Shown: positions 1 to 10,183, counted from the stretch's first letter. The stretch is 64,000 bases of DNA from an uncultured delta proteobacterium (GCA_963847445.1 CAWJZV010000045.1:64001-128000); one strand, 5' to 3'. The notes: generated from the letters alone by a model not told the origin. Program-made: numbers and translations.

Positions 1-2527
1 CCAAAGGCCGAGGGCCTGCGCATGATTCGCGGCTTTTTCGCTGAGCTGCTCGTTGAGCTGGGTGACGGAGGTTCTTAAGTGATCGAGTTCAATTGCGTGT
101 GTTTCGGCCAGCAGCTGTTTCTCGGCTAATTGTGATTGCAGTTCATCGATCCGGTTGGACAGGTGCTCGGTCTGGCCGGTGGCGCTGGCGCGCAGGCTGG
201 CTAATTCCTGGTCTTTTTGTGTGAGCTGAGCTTCAAAACGCTCGCGCGTGGTCGTGAGTTCGGTTTGGAACCGCGTCAGCTCGTCATTGGCGGTTGCCTT
301 GGCGCTGCGTTCTTGCTCCAGCTGCTGGTGCAGGGCGGCGATCTCCACGCCCAGGCGCGCTTCCAGATTGGCGACGGTAGTTTCGCGCTCGGCCACTTGG
401 TGCTGCAAGTCATTAACTTGCTGCGACAGTTGCTCGCTTTGTTCAGTGGCGCTGGCGCGCAGGCTGCCGAGTTCATCGTCTTTATGGCTGAGCTGGGCTT
501 CAAGTTGCTCGCGGCTGGCGGCGAGTTCGCTGCGCGCTTTAAGTAGTTCGTCATGAGTTCCCGCGGCGCTGCTGCGTTCTTGCTCCAGCTGCTGGTGCAG
601 GGCGGCGATCTCCACGCCCAAGCGCGCTTCGAGGTTGGCGACGGTAGTCTCGCGCTCGGCCAGTTGGCGCTGCAAGTCATTAACTTGCTGCGACAGTTGC
701 TCGCTTTGTTGAGTGGCGCTGGCGCGCAGGCTGCCGAGTTCATCGTCTTTATGGCTGAGCTGGGCTTCAAGTTGCTCGCGGCTGGCGGCGAGTTCGTTGC
801 GCGCCTGGAGTAACTCGTCATGGGTTCGCGCGGCGGCTGTGCGTTCTTGCTCCAGCTGCTGGTGCAGGGCGGCGATCTCCACGCCCAAGCGTGTCTTCCA
901 GGTTGGCGACGGTAGTCTCGCGCTCAGCCAGTTGGCGCTGCAAGTCATTAACTTGGTTGGACAGTTGCTCGCTTTGTTCAGTGGCGCTGGCGCGCAGGCT
1001 GCCGAGTTCATCGTCTTTATGGCTGAGCTGGGCTTCAAGTTGCTCGCGGCTGGCGGCGAGTTCGCTGCGCGCCTGGAGTAACTCGTCATGGGTTCGCGCG
1101 GCGCTGCTGCGTTCTTGCTCCAGCTGCTGGTGCAGGGTGGCGATCTCCGCGCCAAAACCTGCTTCGAGTTCGCCGATGGCGCGCTCGCGTTGGGCCAGCA
1201 AGTATTCCTTCTGTCCGAGGGCGGTGCGCAGGCGATTAAGATCGCTTTCCAGTTGCTGACGGGCGGCGTCTATCGAACTGGTGTCGGCTTGGGAGCGTTC
1301 AAGTTCAGCAATGCGGCTTTGTAAGGCGGCGCTCTCGGCGGCGTGGTTTTGTAGCTCGACTTCCTGGGCGTTCGAGGCTTCGTGCGCGCGTGCGAGTTCC
1401 TGCTGCAAAGCCTGGATCCGGCCGTGCAAGGCGAGCTCGACGGCAGTCACCGCTTCGTAGCGCTGGGTCAGTTCCTTTTCCTTGACCTCGACTTCATGCT
1501 GGAGGTTCGCTACTTCTTCGGCCAACGAGCGCCGCAGCGTATCGATTTTCGCGGTGGCGTCTGTCGCCTGGCGATGGGCCAACTCAAGGTCGGCAACTCT
1601 TTGTTGGAGCGCGGCGATCTGCGCGCCGGCGGCGCGCAATTCTTTGTCGCGCAGTCCGAGAGCTGCTTGTCGTTGCTCCAGGTCGTTGCGCAGGGTGTCG
1701 ATCTCGCTTCTTAGGCCCCGCTCGATTTCAAGTAGCGCGATCTGGTTCTGCAGCACCGAGCGATCGCGTTCGGCGAGGGCGCTGCGCAGGCTCGCCAATT
1801 CACTTTCAAAACGGCCGCGCGTCTGTTCGAGCTCACGCGCCGCGCTCGATTGAAGTTCATCTTGGATTGCCTGGAGCGAGCCCAGGTGCTGGTGCAACGC
1901 CGCGATCTCTTGCTGCGCTTTGCCCAGCTTATCGTCGGCGCTAAAGGCGTAGGCTTGTTTGTCGGCGACTTGGTTTTGCAGCAATTGCAGTTGCTCGCGC
2001 AAGCCGCTTTCGAGTTCCCGCGCGGCGAGCTGCTGGTGGTGCAACTCGCGCCGGTTTGTCTCGAGCTCCTGATTGAGTGCGGCGACGTCGGCGGCAAGGC
2101 TTTCGCGGATCGCGTTGGACGCGCGAGCGGCGCTCACGGCAGCGCTGTTGTCGGCTTCCAGTTGGGCGATACGGCCTTGCAGCGCGGTGATTTCGCTAGT
2201 GGAATGTTGGAATGTGACTTCCTGGCTGGAAAGAATTTGTTGTTTTGCGCTGAGCTCGCGTTGCAGCTGGCCGATGGTTTCGCTCAGATTGCGCTCGACG
2301 GCGATGACTGGGCGTTGTTGCAGTTGCCGCTCTTTGTCGGCGAGATCGGCGCGCAGGGTCGCCAATTGGGACTCATACTGCTCGTGAATTCGCGCATTTT
2401 CATTGACCGCCGTCGCCTGCGCTTGTTTGAGGTAGAGCTCCATCAGACGCGTCTGCGCCAACAGGATGTCGATCTCGTTGAGCAGGAGAATCGCCGGATC
2501 GTTTTTTTGATATTTAGGTGCGTCCAT
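1..2527 (-). CDS. Large coiled-coil protein with internal 89-aa tandem repeats; +1 frameshift near 893; runs off the window edge
   Basis: ORF 818..2527 is rich in E/Q/L/A/R with heptad character. Comparing repeat copies shows one extra base near 893, after which the repeat continues in another frame towards position 1. Confidence 0.8.
290..1150. repeat. 267-bp near-identical tandem repeat, about 3 full copies plus a partial copy, inside the coiled-coil gene
   Basis: The motif GCGTTCTTGCTCCAGCTGCTGGTGCAGGG starts at 307, 574, 841 and 1109 (spacings 267, 267, 268). Confidence 0.95.
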
Positions 2528-2614
2528 TTAGTTTAATACTGCTCGCTGCCACCTTAATCTCTTCCGCAAAATCAAATTGATAGATTGTTGGGCGGGCGCT
2601 TCGAGCACCAATCG

Positions 2615-2750
2615 TAGCCAAAAACATGCCACCGATGGAAACCTGCGTCGTTTGAAAATCAGCTACTTACAATTGGCATAATGAGCAATTCAGCAAAGAA
2701 TTCTGCAACCGCGAGGATTTCTGGACAATTTCAGGTATTGCTGGACAAAA
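2615..2750 (-). promoter_or_regulatory. Putative sigma54 promoter with IHF site and candidate enhancer repeats, driving the coiled-coil gene
   Basis: Minus strand reads TGGCATGTTTTTGGCTA (GG-N10-GC) at 2615-2631. AATCAGCTACTTA at 2657-2669 matches the IHF consensus WATCARNNNNTTR. CTGGACAA is repeated at 2721 and 2741. Confidence 0.6.
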
Positions 2751-2884
2751 TTGTTTTTATCGGAGGCCGCACGACTTCTATTTCTGTTCGGATGACGCTC
2801 AAGGCAAACCAAGGTAACCATTGGACTGTCTAGCCCCATGGGGCAATTTGAAATCACTCCTGAGTGTGGTTAGAATCGCGCGCC

Positions 2885-3940
2885 ATGGCCAACTATTTCC
2901 GCGCCAACATCGAGGCGATGTCGGGCTACGTTCCCGGCGAACAACCGAGCGACGATGGCATAATCAAACTCAACACCAACGAGAATCCCTATCCGCCATC
3001 GCCCAAAGTATACGCTGCATTGCGCAAGGCGATCGATGCTTCGCTGCGTCTCTATCCGCAGCCGCTGAGCGATACGCTGTGCAACGCGGCGGCCGCCGCC
3101 TATGGGGTCAAAAAAGAAAATATCATGGCTGGCAACGGCTCGGACGAGCTCTTGTCGGTGCTGCTGCGCTGTTTTGTCGGCCCCAGCGACCGGGTCGCTT
3201 ATCCAGTTCCAACCTACTCGCTCTACGATACGCTGGTCGAGATCCAGGCGGGAGTCGCGGCGCGGGTGCCGTTCCCGGAAGATTTTTCTGTGCCAGAAGC
3301 GCTGGCGCGGCAAGACGCGCCGCTGACTTTGCTGTGCAATCCCAATGCGCCGTCCGGGACGCTGGTGTCGCTGCCGGAGATCGTCAAACTCGCCGGCGCG
3401 GTTGCCGGCATCCTCGTGGTCGATGAGGCCTACGTCGATTTTGCCGCCAGCGAAGGAGCGTCGGCGATTCCGCTAGTCGGGCGCTTAGAGAATCTGATTG
3501 TCCTGAGGACGCTGTCCAAGTCGTTTTCGCTGGCCGGCATGCGCATCGGTCTCGCCTTCGCGTCGGCGGAAATTATCGCCGGCATGAACAAGGTGCGCGA
3601 TTCTTACAACCTCGATCGTTTGAGCATCGTCGCCGGCACCGCGGCACTCGCAGACCTGGCCTGGATGAAGCGCAATGCCGCGCGCATTCAGCGCAGCCGC
3701 CAACGGCTCGCGGGCGGGCTCAAGCGCCTGGGCTATCAGGTCTATCCGTCCCACGCTAATTTCATCCTGGCGCGCCAGCGCGGCAAAAATTTGCAACCGG
3801 TTTACGAAGAGCTCAAGCGGCGAAAAATTTTGCTGCGCTATTTCGACGTGTCCGGTTTGCGCGACTGCTTGCGCATCACCGTGGGCACGCCGAAGGAAGT
3901 GCGGGCGTTGTTAAACGAGCTGGCAGCGATCACAGCTTAG
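2885..3940 (+). CDS. hisC: Histidinol-phosphate aminotransferase
   Basis: Motifs KLNTNENPY, GNGSDE, CNPNAPSG, DEAY and RTLSKSFSLAGMRIG (PLP lysine). Confidence 0.95.
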   Translation: MANYFRANIEAMSGYVPGEQPSDDGIIKLNTNENPYPPSPKVYAALRKAIDASLRLYPQPLSDTLCNAAAAAYGVKKENIMAGNGSDELLSVLLRCFVGPSDRVAYPVPTYSLYDTLVEIQAGVAARVPFPEDFSVPEALARQDAPLTLLCNPNAPSGTLVSLPEIVKLAGAVAGILVVDEAYVDFAASEGASAIPLVGRLENLIVLRTLSKSFSLAGMRIGLAFASAEIIAGMNKVRDSYNLDRLSIVAGTAALADLAWMKRNAARIQRSRQRLAGGLKRLGYQVYPSHANFILARQRGKNLQPVYEELKRRKILLRYFDVSGLRDCLRITVGTPKEVRALLNELAAITA

Positions 3941-4003
3941 CCCGGATGCTCCTTAGAAAATAAATGTAAGGGGATGATATGCACAACAAAGAACCTGCGG
4001 GGC

Positions 4004-4118
4004 TCCGTCATACCCGCGAAAGCGGGTATCCAGACCCATCATCCACCTGGATACCGTTTTTCAACGGTATGACGGACTCTGTCCGTCACCTGGATTCCCG
4101 CGTGCGCGGGAATGACGA
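4004..4118. repeat. Cluster of REP-like palindromes (GTCAT.CCCGCG..AGCGGG.ATCCA family)
   Basis: CGTCATACCCGCGAAAGCGGGTATCCAG followed by inverted copies. Related copies lie at 21177-21227 and 37314-37402. Confidence 0.8.
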
Positions 4119-4279
4119 ATTGAGGGGCATCCTGTTCTGGGAATGCCAACCGTTTTCATGCTCTGTAGGCGAGCGTAAGCTCATGAAGCACTTCGTTGGA
4201 ATTGGCTGACGCCGCCAGGGCAAGCCCTCCAGATTCCCGGGTGAGTGATAATATTGGCTCTATCGAAAGGAGTTACGCC

Positions 4280-4694
4280 ATGGGCAGCTTCAAGATTACC
4301 GCGCTCGATCATATCGTGCTTAATGTCGGCGACATCGATAGGGCGCTAAAATTCTACACTGAGGTGTTGGGTTTGGAAGGCGAACGGGTCGAACTATTTC
4401 GAGTCGAAAAAAGTCGGTTTTCCATCGGTGCGCATCAACGACGCCACGATCATCGATCTTTTCCCACGCAAGCCGGTTGACAGTCGATCGGTTACGGAAA
4501 AAGTCGACGGCAACCTCAATCATGTTTGTTTAGTCGTCGATGCTGGCGATTTTGTCGGCGTCATCGAAGAGCTTAAGAAAAACCAGATCGCCATTCGCGA
4601 AGGTCCGGTGTCGCGCTGGGGCGCGCGCGGCCAGGCGACTTCGGTGTATTTTCTCGATCCCGATGGTAATGAGATCGAGATTCGCTGCTACTGA
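4280..4694 (+). CDS. VOC/glyoxalase family protein (frameshift near 4410)
   Basis: N-terminal LDHIVLNVGDIDRALKFY and C-terminal SVYFLDPDGNEIEI lie in different frames. Confidence 0.85.
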
Positions 4695-4700
4695 AGAACC

Positions 4701-4768
4701 GGAGTGATGGAGTAATGGAGTAATGGAGTGTTGGCGGCCCAATACTCCAGTACTCCAACACTCCATTG
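4701..4768. repeat. Hairpin of 8-mer tandem repeats (GGAGTRWT)n / (AYACTCCA)n between convergent genes
   Basis: GGAGTGATGGAGTAATGGAGTAATGGAGTGTTGG-cggc-CCAATACTCCAGTACTCCAACACTCCATT. Confidence 0.85.
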
Positions 4769-4778
4769 CCCCATGTTT

Positions 4779-6092
4779 CTACGCCGCTATGCTTTTCTCG
4801 ACTTTGATTTTGACGATGCGCCGGCCTTCCATGTCGACGATGGTGAGTTTGTAGCCGAATTCATCGATCCATTCGCCGCCGCGCGGGATTCTTTTCAAGC
4901 GCGCCAGCAATAAGCCGGCGAGGGTGTGATAGTCCGGCGATTCTTCGAATGGCAGGTCGAAATCGATTTTGAGGTCCTTAAGCAGTGCCGAGCCGGCGAT
5001 CACCATCGACCCGTCCGGCAGGCGCTCCACGGGGCCGCGTTCTTCGCGGTCGTATTCGTCACGGATCTCGCCGACGATTTCCTCGATCAAGTCTTCCAGC
5101 GTGGCCAGCCCTTCGATTTCGCCGAATTCGTTGACTACCAGAGCCATGCCCAGGCGGCGCCGTTGTAGCTGTTTCAACAGTTCGCTGATCGGCAGGGTGC
5201 TGGGGACGAAGAACGCCGGATGCAAATGATCGCGCAGGTGAAAGTCGCTGTGCTCCTGCAAAGCTTTGAAGACATCTTTGTTGTAGAGAATGCCGATGAC
5301 TTTATCGAGATCGCCTTCGTAAACCGGCACGCGGGAAAAGCCGCTGTCGACAAAATTCTTCGCCACCTCGGCCAGTGGTGTGTGCACTTCGATGGCATGG
5401 ATCTCGGTGCGCGGTTTCATGACCGCTTTGACCGGCGTGTCGGTAAACTCAAATACGCTATGGATCAATTCCTTCTCGGTCTCGTTGAAGATGCCCCTGG
5501 CGGCGCCTTCGCGAATCAACGATTTGACTTCGTCGACGGAGATGAAACTGACGCTGCCGGCATCCTTGCCGCCAAAAAGTTTGAGCACCAGATTGCTCGA
5601 CGCGGTCAGGAACCTGACGAAGATCGCGCTGACCCGCGCCAGCAATTCAATGGGCGGGGCAACGAAGCAGGCGATGGGTTCGGAAAACCGCAAAGCTAAA
5701 GATTTTGGCACGAGCTCGCCGAGAACCAGCGAAAAATAAGCGATCGGCAAGACGACGATGGTCAGCGCGATGGCATCGGCCCAGCGGGTAGCCAGAGCGA
5801 ACGGCAACGCTTCGATCTCCGGTTTGAGATAGCCGATGGCGGCGGCGCCGCCGAGGGCGGAGGCGAAGGAGCTGACCACGGTGACGCCGATCTGTACGGT
5901 GGCGAGGAAGCGGTCGGGGTCGGCCTTCAGCCGGGCCACCGCAGCGGCGGCCTTAATCCCCTTGTCGACCAGGGCTTCGATGCGGCTTTTGCGCATGGCG
6001 ATCATGGCGATCTCGGAAGCGGCAAAGAAGCCGTTGGCGAAAATCAACGCGAGGATCAAAATCGCTTGAAACCAAAAATTATCGAGAGTCAT
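4779..6092 (-). CDS. Hemolysin/CNNM family protein (DUF21-CBS-CorC), Mg/Co transport related
   Basis: NGFFAASEIA, FLATVQIGVT, LGELVPKSLA, FSRVPVY, TLEDLIEEIVGEIRDEYD. Confidence 0.92.
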   Translation of the reverse strand: MTLDNFWFQAILILALIFANGFFAASEIAMIAMRKSRIEALVDKGIKAAAAVARLKADPDRFLATVQIGVTVVSSFASALGGAAAIGYLKPEIEALPFALATRWADAIALTIVVLPIAYFSLVLGELVPKSLALRFSEPIACFVAPPIELLARVSAIFVRFLTASSNLVLKLFGGKDAGSVSFISVDEVKSLIREGAARGIFNETEKELIHSVFEFTDTPVKAVMKPRTEIHAIEVHTPLAEVAKNFVDSGFSRVPVYEGDLDKVIGILYNKDVFKALQEHSDFHLRDHLHPAFFVPSTLPISELLKQLQRRRLGMALVVNEFGEIEGLATLEDLIEEIVGEIRDEYDREERGPVERLPDGSMVIAGSALLKDLKIDFDLPFEESPDYHTLAGLLLARLKRIPRGGEWIDEFGYKLTIVDMEGRRIVKIKVEKSIAA

Positions 6093-6551
6093 CGGTGCCG
6101 TCTCCTCTGGGATTTGGGCTTCGATGCAGCGAGCGAAGCGCAAAACAGCGTGGTGGTGCTAACAAATCGACCGGTCTTGTCGGGGCCGCGGGCGTGGGCT
6201 GCGACTGGGCATGGGGGTTGGTAGGAATTCTAGCCGCCCACCGGGAAAAGGCAAGGGCTGCGATTTACGCTTTGAGCGCTTTGAAGTAGGATCGCCCTAG
6301 CCTGGATCATTCGTAGTGAAGCAGCGATCGAGGCAAAACCCTTCCGGAGCGAAGGCAATGCGGCTCTGCCTTGACGACGCAAGCGAGACGATCTGCTGTG
6401 AAATCACCTATAAAAAGGTCAAACCTCGCAGCCGAGCATGACGATGAAACATTTGGCGCTGATGCCTTCGCTCCTCCAGGGTGCCACCTCGATCGACACT
6501 CTGGCGTTCGCTTTCCTGGTAGCATGAATAAGCCAGGCTAGGGAGTATTTC

Positions 6552-8810
6552 TTGGCGGATAAACAGAACGAACTCACTTCCATCCAGGGCACCATCAGCC
6601 GGATCACCTATCAGCATCCGGAGAGCCACTACACGGTAGCGCGCCTGGACGAAGATGGCGGACCGGCCGCCACGGTGGTCGGCGTGCTGTTTCCGGTTTC
6701 GGAAGGCGAGGAGATCAAAGTCACCGGCGTGTGGAAGCGCCATGCCCGTTACGGCCTGCAATTCCAGGTCGACCATTGGACCAAGGTCGATCCGGCGACC
6801 CTCGAGGGTATCGAAAAGTATCTCGGCTCGGGCATGATCAAAGGCATCGGGCCGACCTACGCCAAGCGGTTGGTCGGCGCCTTCGGTTTGGAGACCCTGC
6901 GGGTGTTATCCGAAGAACCGCTGCGGGTTCTCGATGTCGACGGTATCGGCGAGGTGCGCGCGCGCCGCATCATGGAAGCCTGGCAGGCCCAGCGCGGCAT
7001 GCAGGATGTCATGGTATTTCTTCAGGGCCACGGCGTCGGCGCTTCGCTGGCGCTGCGCATTTATCGAGTGTTTGGCGCCGACACGGTCGCTCAGGTGCGA
7101 GAAAATCCCTATGCGCTCGCGCAGCAGGTGCATGGCATCGGCTTTCTGCTCGCCGACCGGCTCGCCGGCCATATCGGCATCCGCGGCGATTTTCCGCTGC
7201 GGGTGCAAGCCGGTGTGCTGCATGTATTGCGCGAATCGTCGGAGCGCGGCCACTGCTACTTGCCGTTAACCGCGCTGGCAAAAAGCGCTTGCCAACTGCT
7301 CGAAGTCGACGACGAGCGCATCGATATCGCGGTGGAGAAACTCGCTGAGCGCGGCGAGGTCATTTTGCAGAGCGAGCGCGATCCGCACCTCACCCGCGTT
7401 TATCTGGTTAATTTGTTCGAGGCCGAGCAACGAGTCGCCCAAGCGCTTGCCCGGCTCTTGACCACTCCGTCGTTTCTCCAAGGCGACCGGCGGCCGCGGC
7501 CGTGGGAGAAAGACCAGGGCGTCAGCCGCGGCGCCATCGATCTGTTGAGCGGTGCGCTGTTCGCCGACCTGCCGATCAACCTCGATGAAGATCAGGTCAG
7601 CGCGGCGCGGCGGGCATTACGGGAAAAGGTTTTTGTCATCACCGGCGGGCCAGGGACGGGTAAAACCACCTTGCTGATGTCGCTGCTGGCGATCCTGCGG
7701 CGCGCCAAGGTTACTTTCGCTCTCGCCGCGCCGACTGGGCGGGCGGCCAAACGGATGACCGAGAGTACCGGCGAAGATGCCACTACACTGCACCGCCTGC
7801 TCGAATACAATCCGCGCGAAGGCGGCTTTCAACGCAACGCCGATAAGCCGCTGCAAGTCGATGTCATCATCGTCGACGAGGCGTCGATGGTCGACATTGC
7901 ACTGATGGATCATTTGTTGGCCGCCATCGAGCCGCACACGCATTTAATTCTGGTCGGCGATGTCGACCAGTTGCCGTCGGTGGGACCGGGCAGCGTGCTC
8001 AAGGATTTGATCGATTCACAGTCGGTTCCGGTGGCGACCCTGCGGCGCATTTTTCGCCAGGTGCAACAGAGCTTGATCGTGGTCAATGCCCACCGGATAC
8101 TCCAAGGACAGAACTTGGAATTTTCCGATGCGCGCGAGCGGCGCGACTTCGATTTCATCGCCCGCGAGAGCGAGGAAGAGATTCTTGAAACGATCAAAGA
8201 GCTGTTGCGCGAGCGCATCCCGCAATGGCTCGGCGCGCCGCCGGAACAGATCGTCCAGTCGGTCCAGCTCCTGACGCCGATGCACCGCGGCTTGCTCGGC
8301 ACGATTCAACTCAACCGGGATTTGCAATCGCTGTTCAATCCAACCGGCCAAGCGATCGAGCGGGCGGGTATGACTTTACGAGTGCGCGACAAGGTCATGC
8401 AGCTGCGCAACAACTACGACAAAGGGGTGTTCAACGGCGATCTCGGACGAATCGTCTCCATCGACCGCGAGGATGGCAAGATTCGCGTCGATTATGACGA
8501 ACGAGTCGTCGAGTACGAGTCTGACGAGTGGGATGAGATCAGTCTGGCCTACGCGACCTCGATCCATAAAAGCCAGGGCAGCGAATATCCCGTGGTGGTC
8601 TTACCGCTGCACACTTCGCACTACATCATGCTCTACCGCAGCATCCTTTACACCGCGGTGACGCGCGGCAAAAAGCTCGTCATCGTCGTCGGCAGCCGCA
8701 AAGCGCTCGGCATGGCGATCCGCAACGTCAGAGTGGAGATTCGCAACACCGGGCTTAAAGAAAGGCTGATCGGCGCCTTGGCAACGCACGAAAGTGCGAC
8801 GCTCTTCTAA
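6552..8810 (+). CDS. recD2: ATP-dependent RecD-like helicase RecD2
   Basis: HhH N-terminus, Walker A GGPGTGKT, DEASM, GDVDQLPSVGPG, LAYATSIHKSQGSEY. Confidence 0.95.
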   Translation: MADKQNELTSIQGTISRITYQHPESHYTVARLDEDGGPAATVVGVLFPVSEGEEIKVTGVWKRHARYGLQFQVDHWTKVDPATLEGIEKYLGSGMIKGIGPTYAKRLVGAFGLETLRVLSEEPLRVLDVDGIGEVRARRIMEAWQAQRGMQDVMVFLQGHGVGASLALRIYRVFGADTVAQVRENPYALAQQVHGIGFLLADRLAGHIGIRGDFPLRVQAGVLHVLRESSERGHCYLPLTALAKSACQLLEVDDERIDIAVEKLAERGEVILQSERDPHLTRVYLVNLFEAEQRVAQALARLLTTPSFLQGDRRPRPWEKDQGVSRGAIDLLSGALFADLPINLDEDQVSAARRALREKVFVITGGPGTGKTTLLMSLLAILRRAKVTFALAAPTGRAAKRMTESTGEDATTLHRLLEYNPREGGFQRNADKPLQVDVIIVDEASMVDIALMDHLLAAIEPHTHLILVGDVDQLPSVGPGSVLKDLIDSQSVPVATLRRIFRQVQQSLIVVNAHRILQGQNLEFSDARERRDFDFIARESEEEILETIKELLRERIPQWLGAPPEQIVQSVQLLTPMHRGLLGTIQLNRDLQSLFNPTGQAIERAGMTLRVRDKVMQLRNNYDKGVFNGDLGRIVSIDREDGKIRVDYDERVVEYESDEWDEISLAYATSIHKSQGSEYPVVVLPLHTSHYIMLYRSILYTAVTRGKKLVIVVGSRKALGMAIRNVRVEIRNTGLKERLIGALATHESATLF

Positions 8811-8811
8811 G

Positions 8812-8890
8812 TCCGGATGCTGCGTTTAGCAATGAACGGCACGGCAAGGGGCAAGCCCTCCGCAATGAAGCCAATGGGCCTCTGCCTCTG
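8812..8890 (+). repeat. Dispersed ~80-bp repeat immediately after a stop codon; second copy at 36813-36889
   Basis: Shared CCGGAT.CTGC...GGC.CGGCAAGGGGCAAGCCC.CCGCA..GAAGCCAAT.GGCC.CT.CCTC. Confidence 0.7.
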
Positions 8891-8934
8891 AGCGCTCCTT
8901 GGACTATGGCGCGTTCGGCTAGCACGGGAGTCCT

Positions 8935-9030
8935 GTAGGATGGGTGGAGTCCGCGATACCCATCGCTCTTGTTCGCCACGAAGGCCGCAAGTCGGACATG
9001 ATGGGTATCGCTTCGCTCCACCCATCCTAC
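8935..9030. repeat. GTAG-type REP pair (REPIN-like)
   Basis: GTAGGATGGGTGGAGTCCGCGATACCCATC and the inverted copy GATGGGTATCGCTTCGCTCCACCCATCCTAC. Confidence 0.85.
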
Positions 9031-9110
9031 GGAATACTGGACACGGTCGGTGTTGAAAATACGCCAGATTTGCATCGACACCCTAGCTAGACCAGTTGGA
9101 TATTCCGATG

Positions 9111-9231
9111 CCCCTCTTTGGAAAAGAGGGGATAGGGGAGATTTTCTTTTTCACAACAGCTGGCTCCATTGCTCTGTTGCAATGAAGACACCGCCCGCCA
9201 CGCACACAAATCCCCCTTTTCCAAAGGGGGA
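9111..9231. repeat. Pair of CCCC(T)CTTT...AAAG(A)GGGG palindromic repeats
   Basis: CCCCTCTTTGGAAAAGAGGGG and TCCCCCTTTTCCAAAGGGGGA. Confidence 0.7.
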
Positions 9232-9320
9232 ATGGATAATAAGGAGCTATCTGCCCGCTCACCCCGTGTCCAGCGAACAAGATGTGGCGCATGATTAGCT
9301 TCTTTGGGGGGAATGTTATG

Positions 9321-10022
9321 CTAATTGAACAGCCGGCCGAGGCGCTTGTCGGCATGGCTGATGCCCATTTTTTTCAAGCAGGCCCAGATCGTCGCTTGAT
9401 TGCTGTTGATCACCGGCTTGCCCAAATCGCGCTCAAGGTCAGTAATCGTTTCGATCATGCGGGTATTGGTGCAGCTGAGAAAATAGCCGTCGGCATCGGC
9501 GCGCAGGTTTTCTTTGACCACTTTCATCCATTCCTCAGGCGTGACCGTTGAGTAGGCTTGAGAGTCGAGCGCCAGTCCTTTCTCGTGCAGCACAGTGTAG
9601 CCAGTCTCGCTCAGATAATTCACTTCGAGCTGGTTGGTGGCCTGAACGTAGGGGCTGATCAGCACGAGTTTCTTGATACCGACATGGTCGAACGCCTGGG
9701 TCAGAGCTTGGGCGGTGGTGATGGTCGGGCAGCCGCTGGCCTGCTTGATGATGTCGACGATCGCTTTTTCATGGTCCAGTCCGCTTTCCATCGAGTTGGC
9801 CGTGCAATGAAACACGATGACGCTCGGTTTTACGTCGGACAGCGCTTCAGCGGCCTCGATCAGCGACGGCTTCAACTCCGCCAGCGGTTTGCGGTGCTTA
9901 CCGGCCATGCGCAAGCGCGTGACAAAGGCGCCGACGCTAGCGGGAAGGTAGGTGTTGAACTGCGGCTCGGTCAAACGATTGGCCGACGGAATGATGAGGC
10001 CGATGCCTAATGGATTTGCCAT
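9321..10022 (-). CDS. Maleate cis-trans isomerase / arylmalonate decarboxylase family (Asp/Glu racemase superfamily)
   Basis: GLIIPSANRLTE, FHCTANS, FLSCTN and PVINSNQA, with both catalytic Cys positions present. Confidence 0.85.
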   Translation of the reverse strand: MANPLGIGLIIPSANRLTEPQFNTYLPASVGAFVTRLRMAGKHRKPLAELKPSLIEAAEALSDVKPSVIVFHCTANSMESGLDHEKAIVDIIKQASGCPTITTAQALTQAFDHVGIKKLVLISPYVQATNQLEVNYLSETGYTVLHEKGLALDSQAYSTVTPEEWMKVVKENLRADADGYFLSCTNTRMIETITDLERDLGKPVINSNQATIWACLKKMGISHADKRLGRLFN

Positions 10023-10183
10023 GGGGAATTCTCCTAATTTTTTTGCGGATCAAGTCGTGCATTCCCGGGTTGAACTGACTATTTCACGGCGACCCCAGGG
10101 CTTGTCAAGAAGTTCTTTTGGCAATACATAATCAGTGTTTCGCGCAGTTCGCTCGTCACTAGCCGTTGATAAATGGTAACAAT

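Noticed and set aside
6093-6551. Riboswitch, tmRNA or other ncRNA in the long divergent gap upstream of the CNNM gene
   Set aside because: I could not recognise any conserved motif such as M-box, yybP-ykoY or tmRNA ends. An Rfam scan would be needed.
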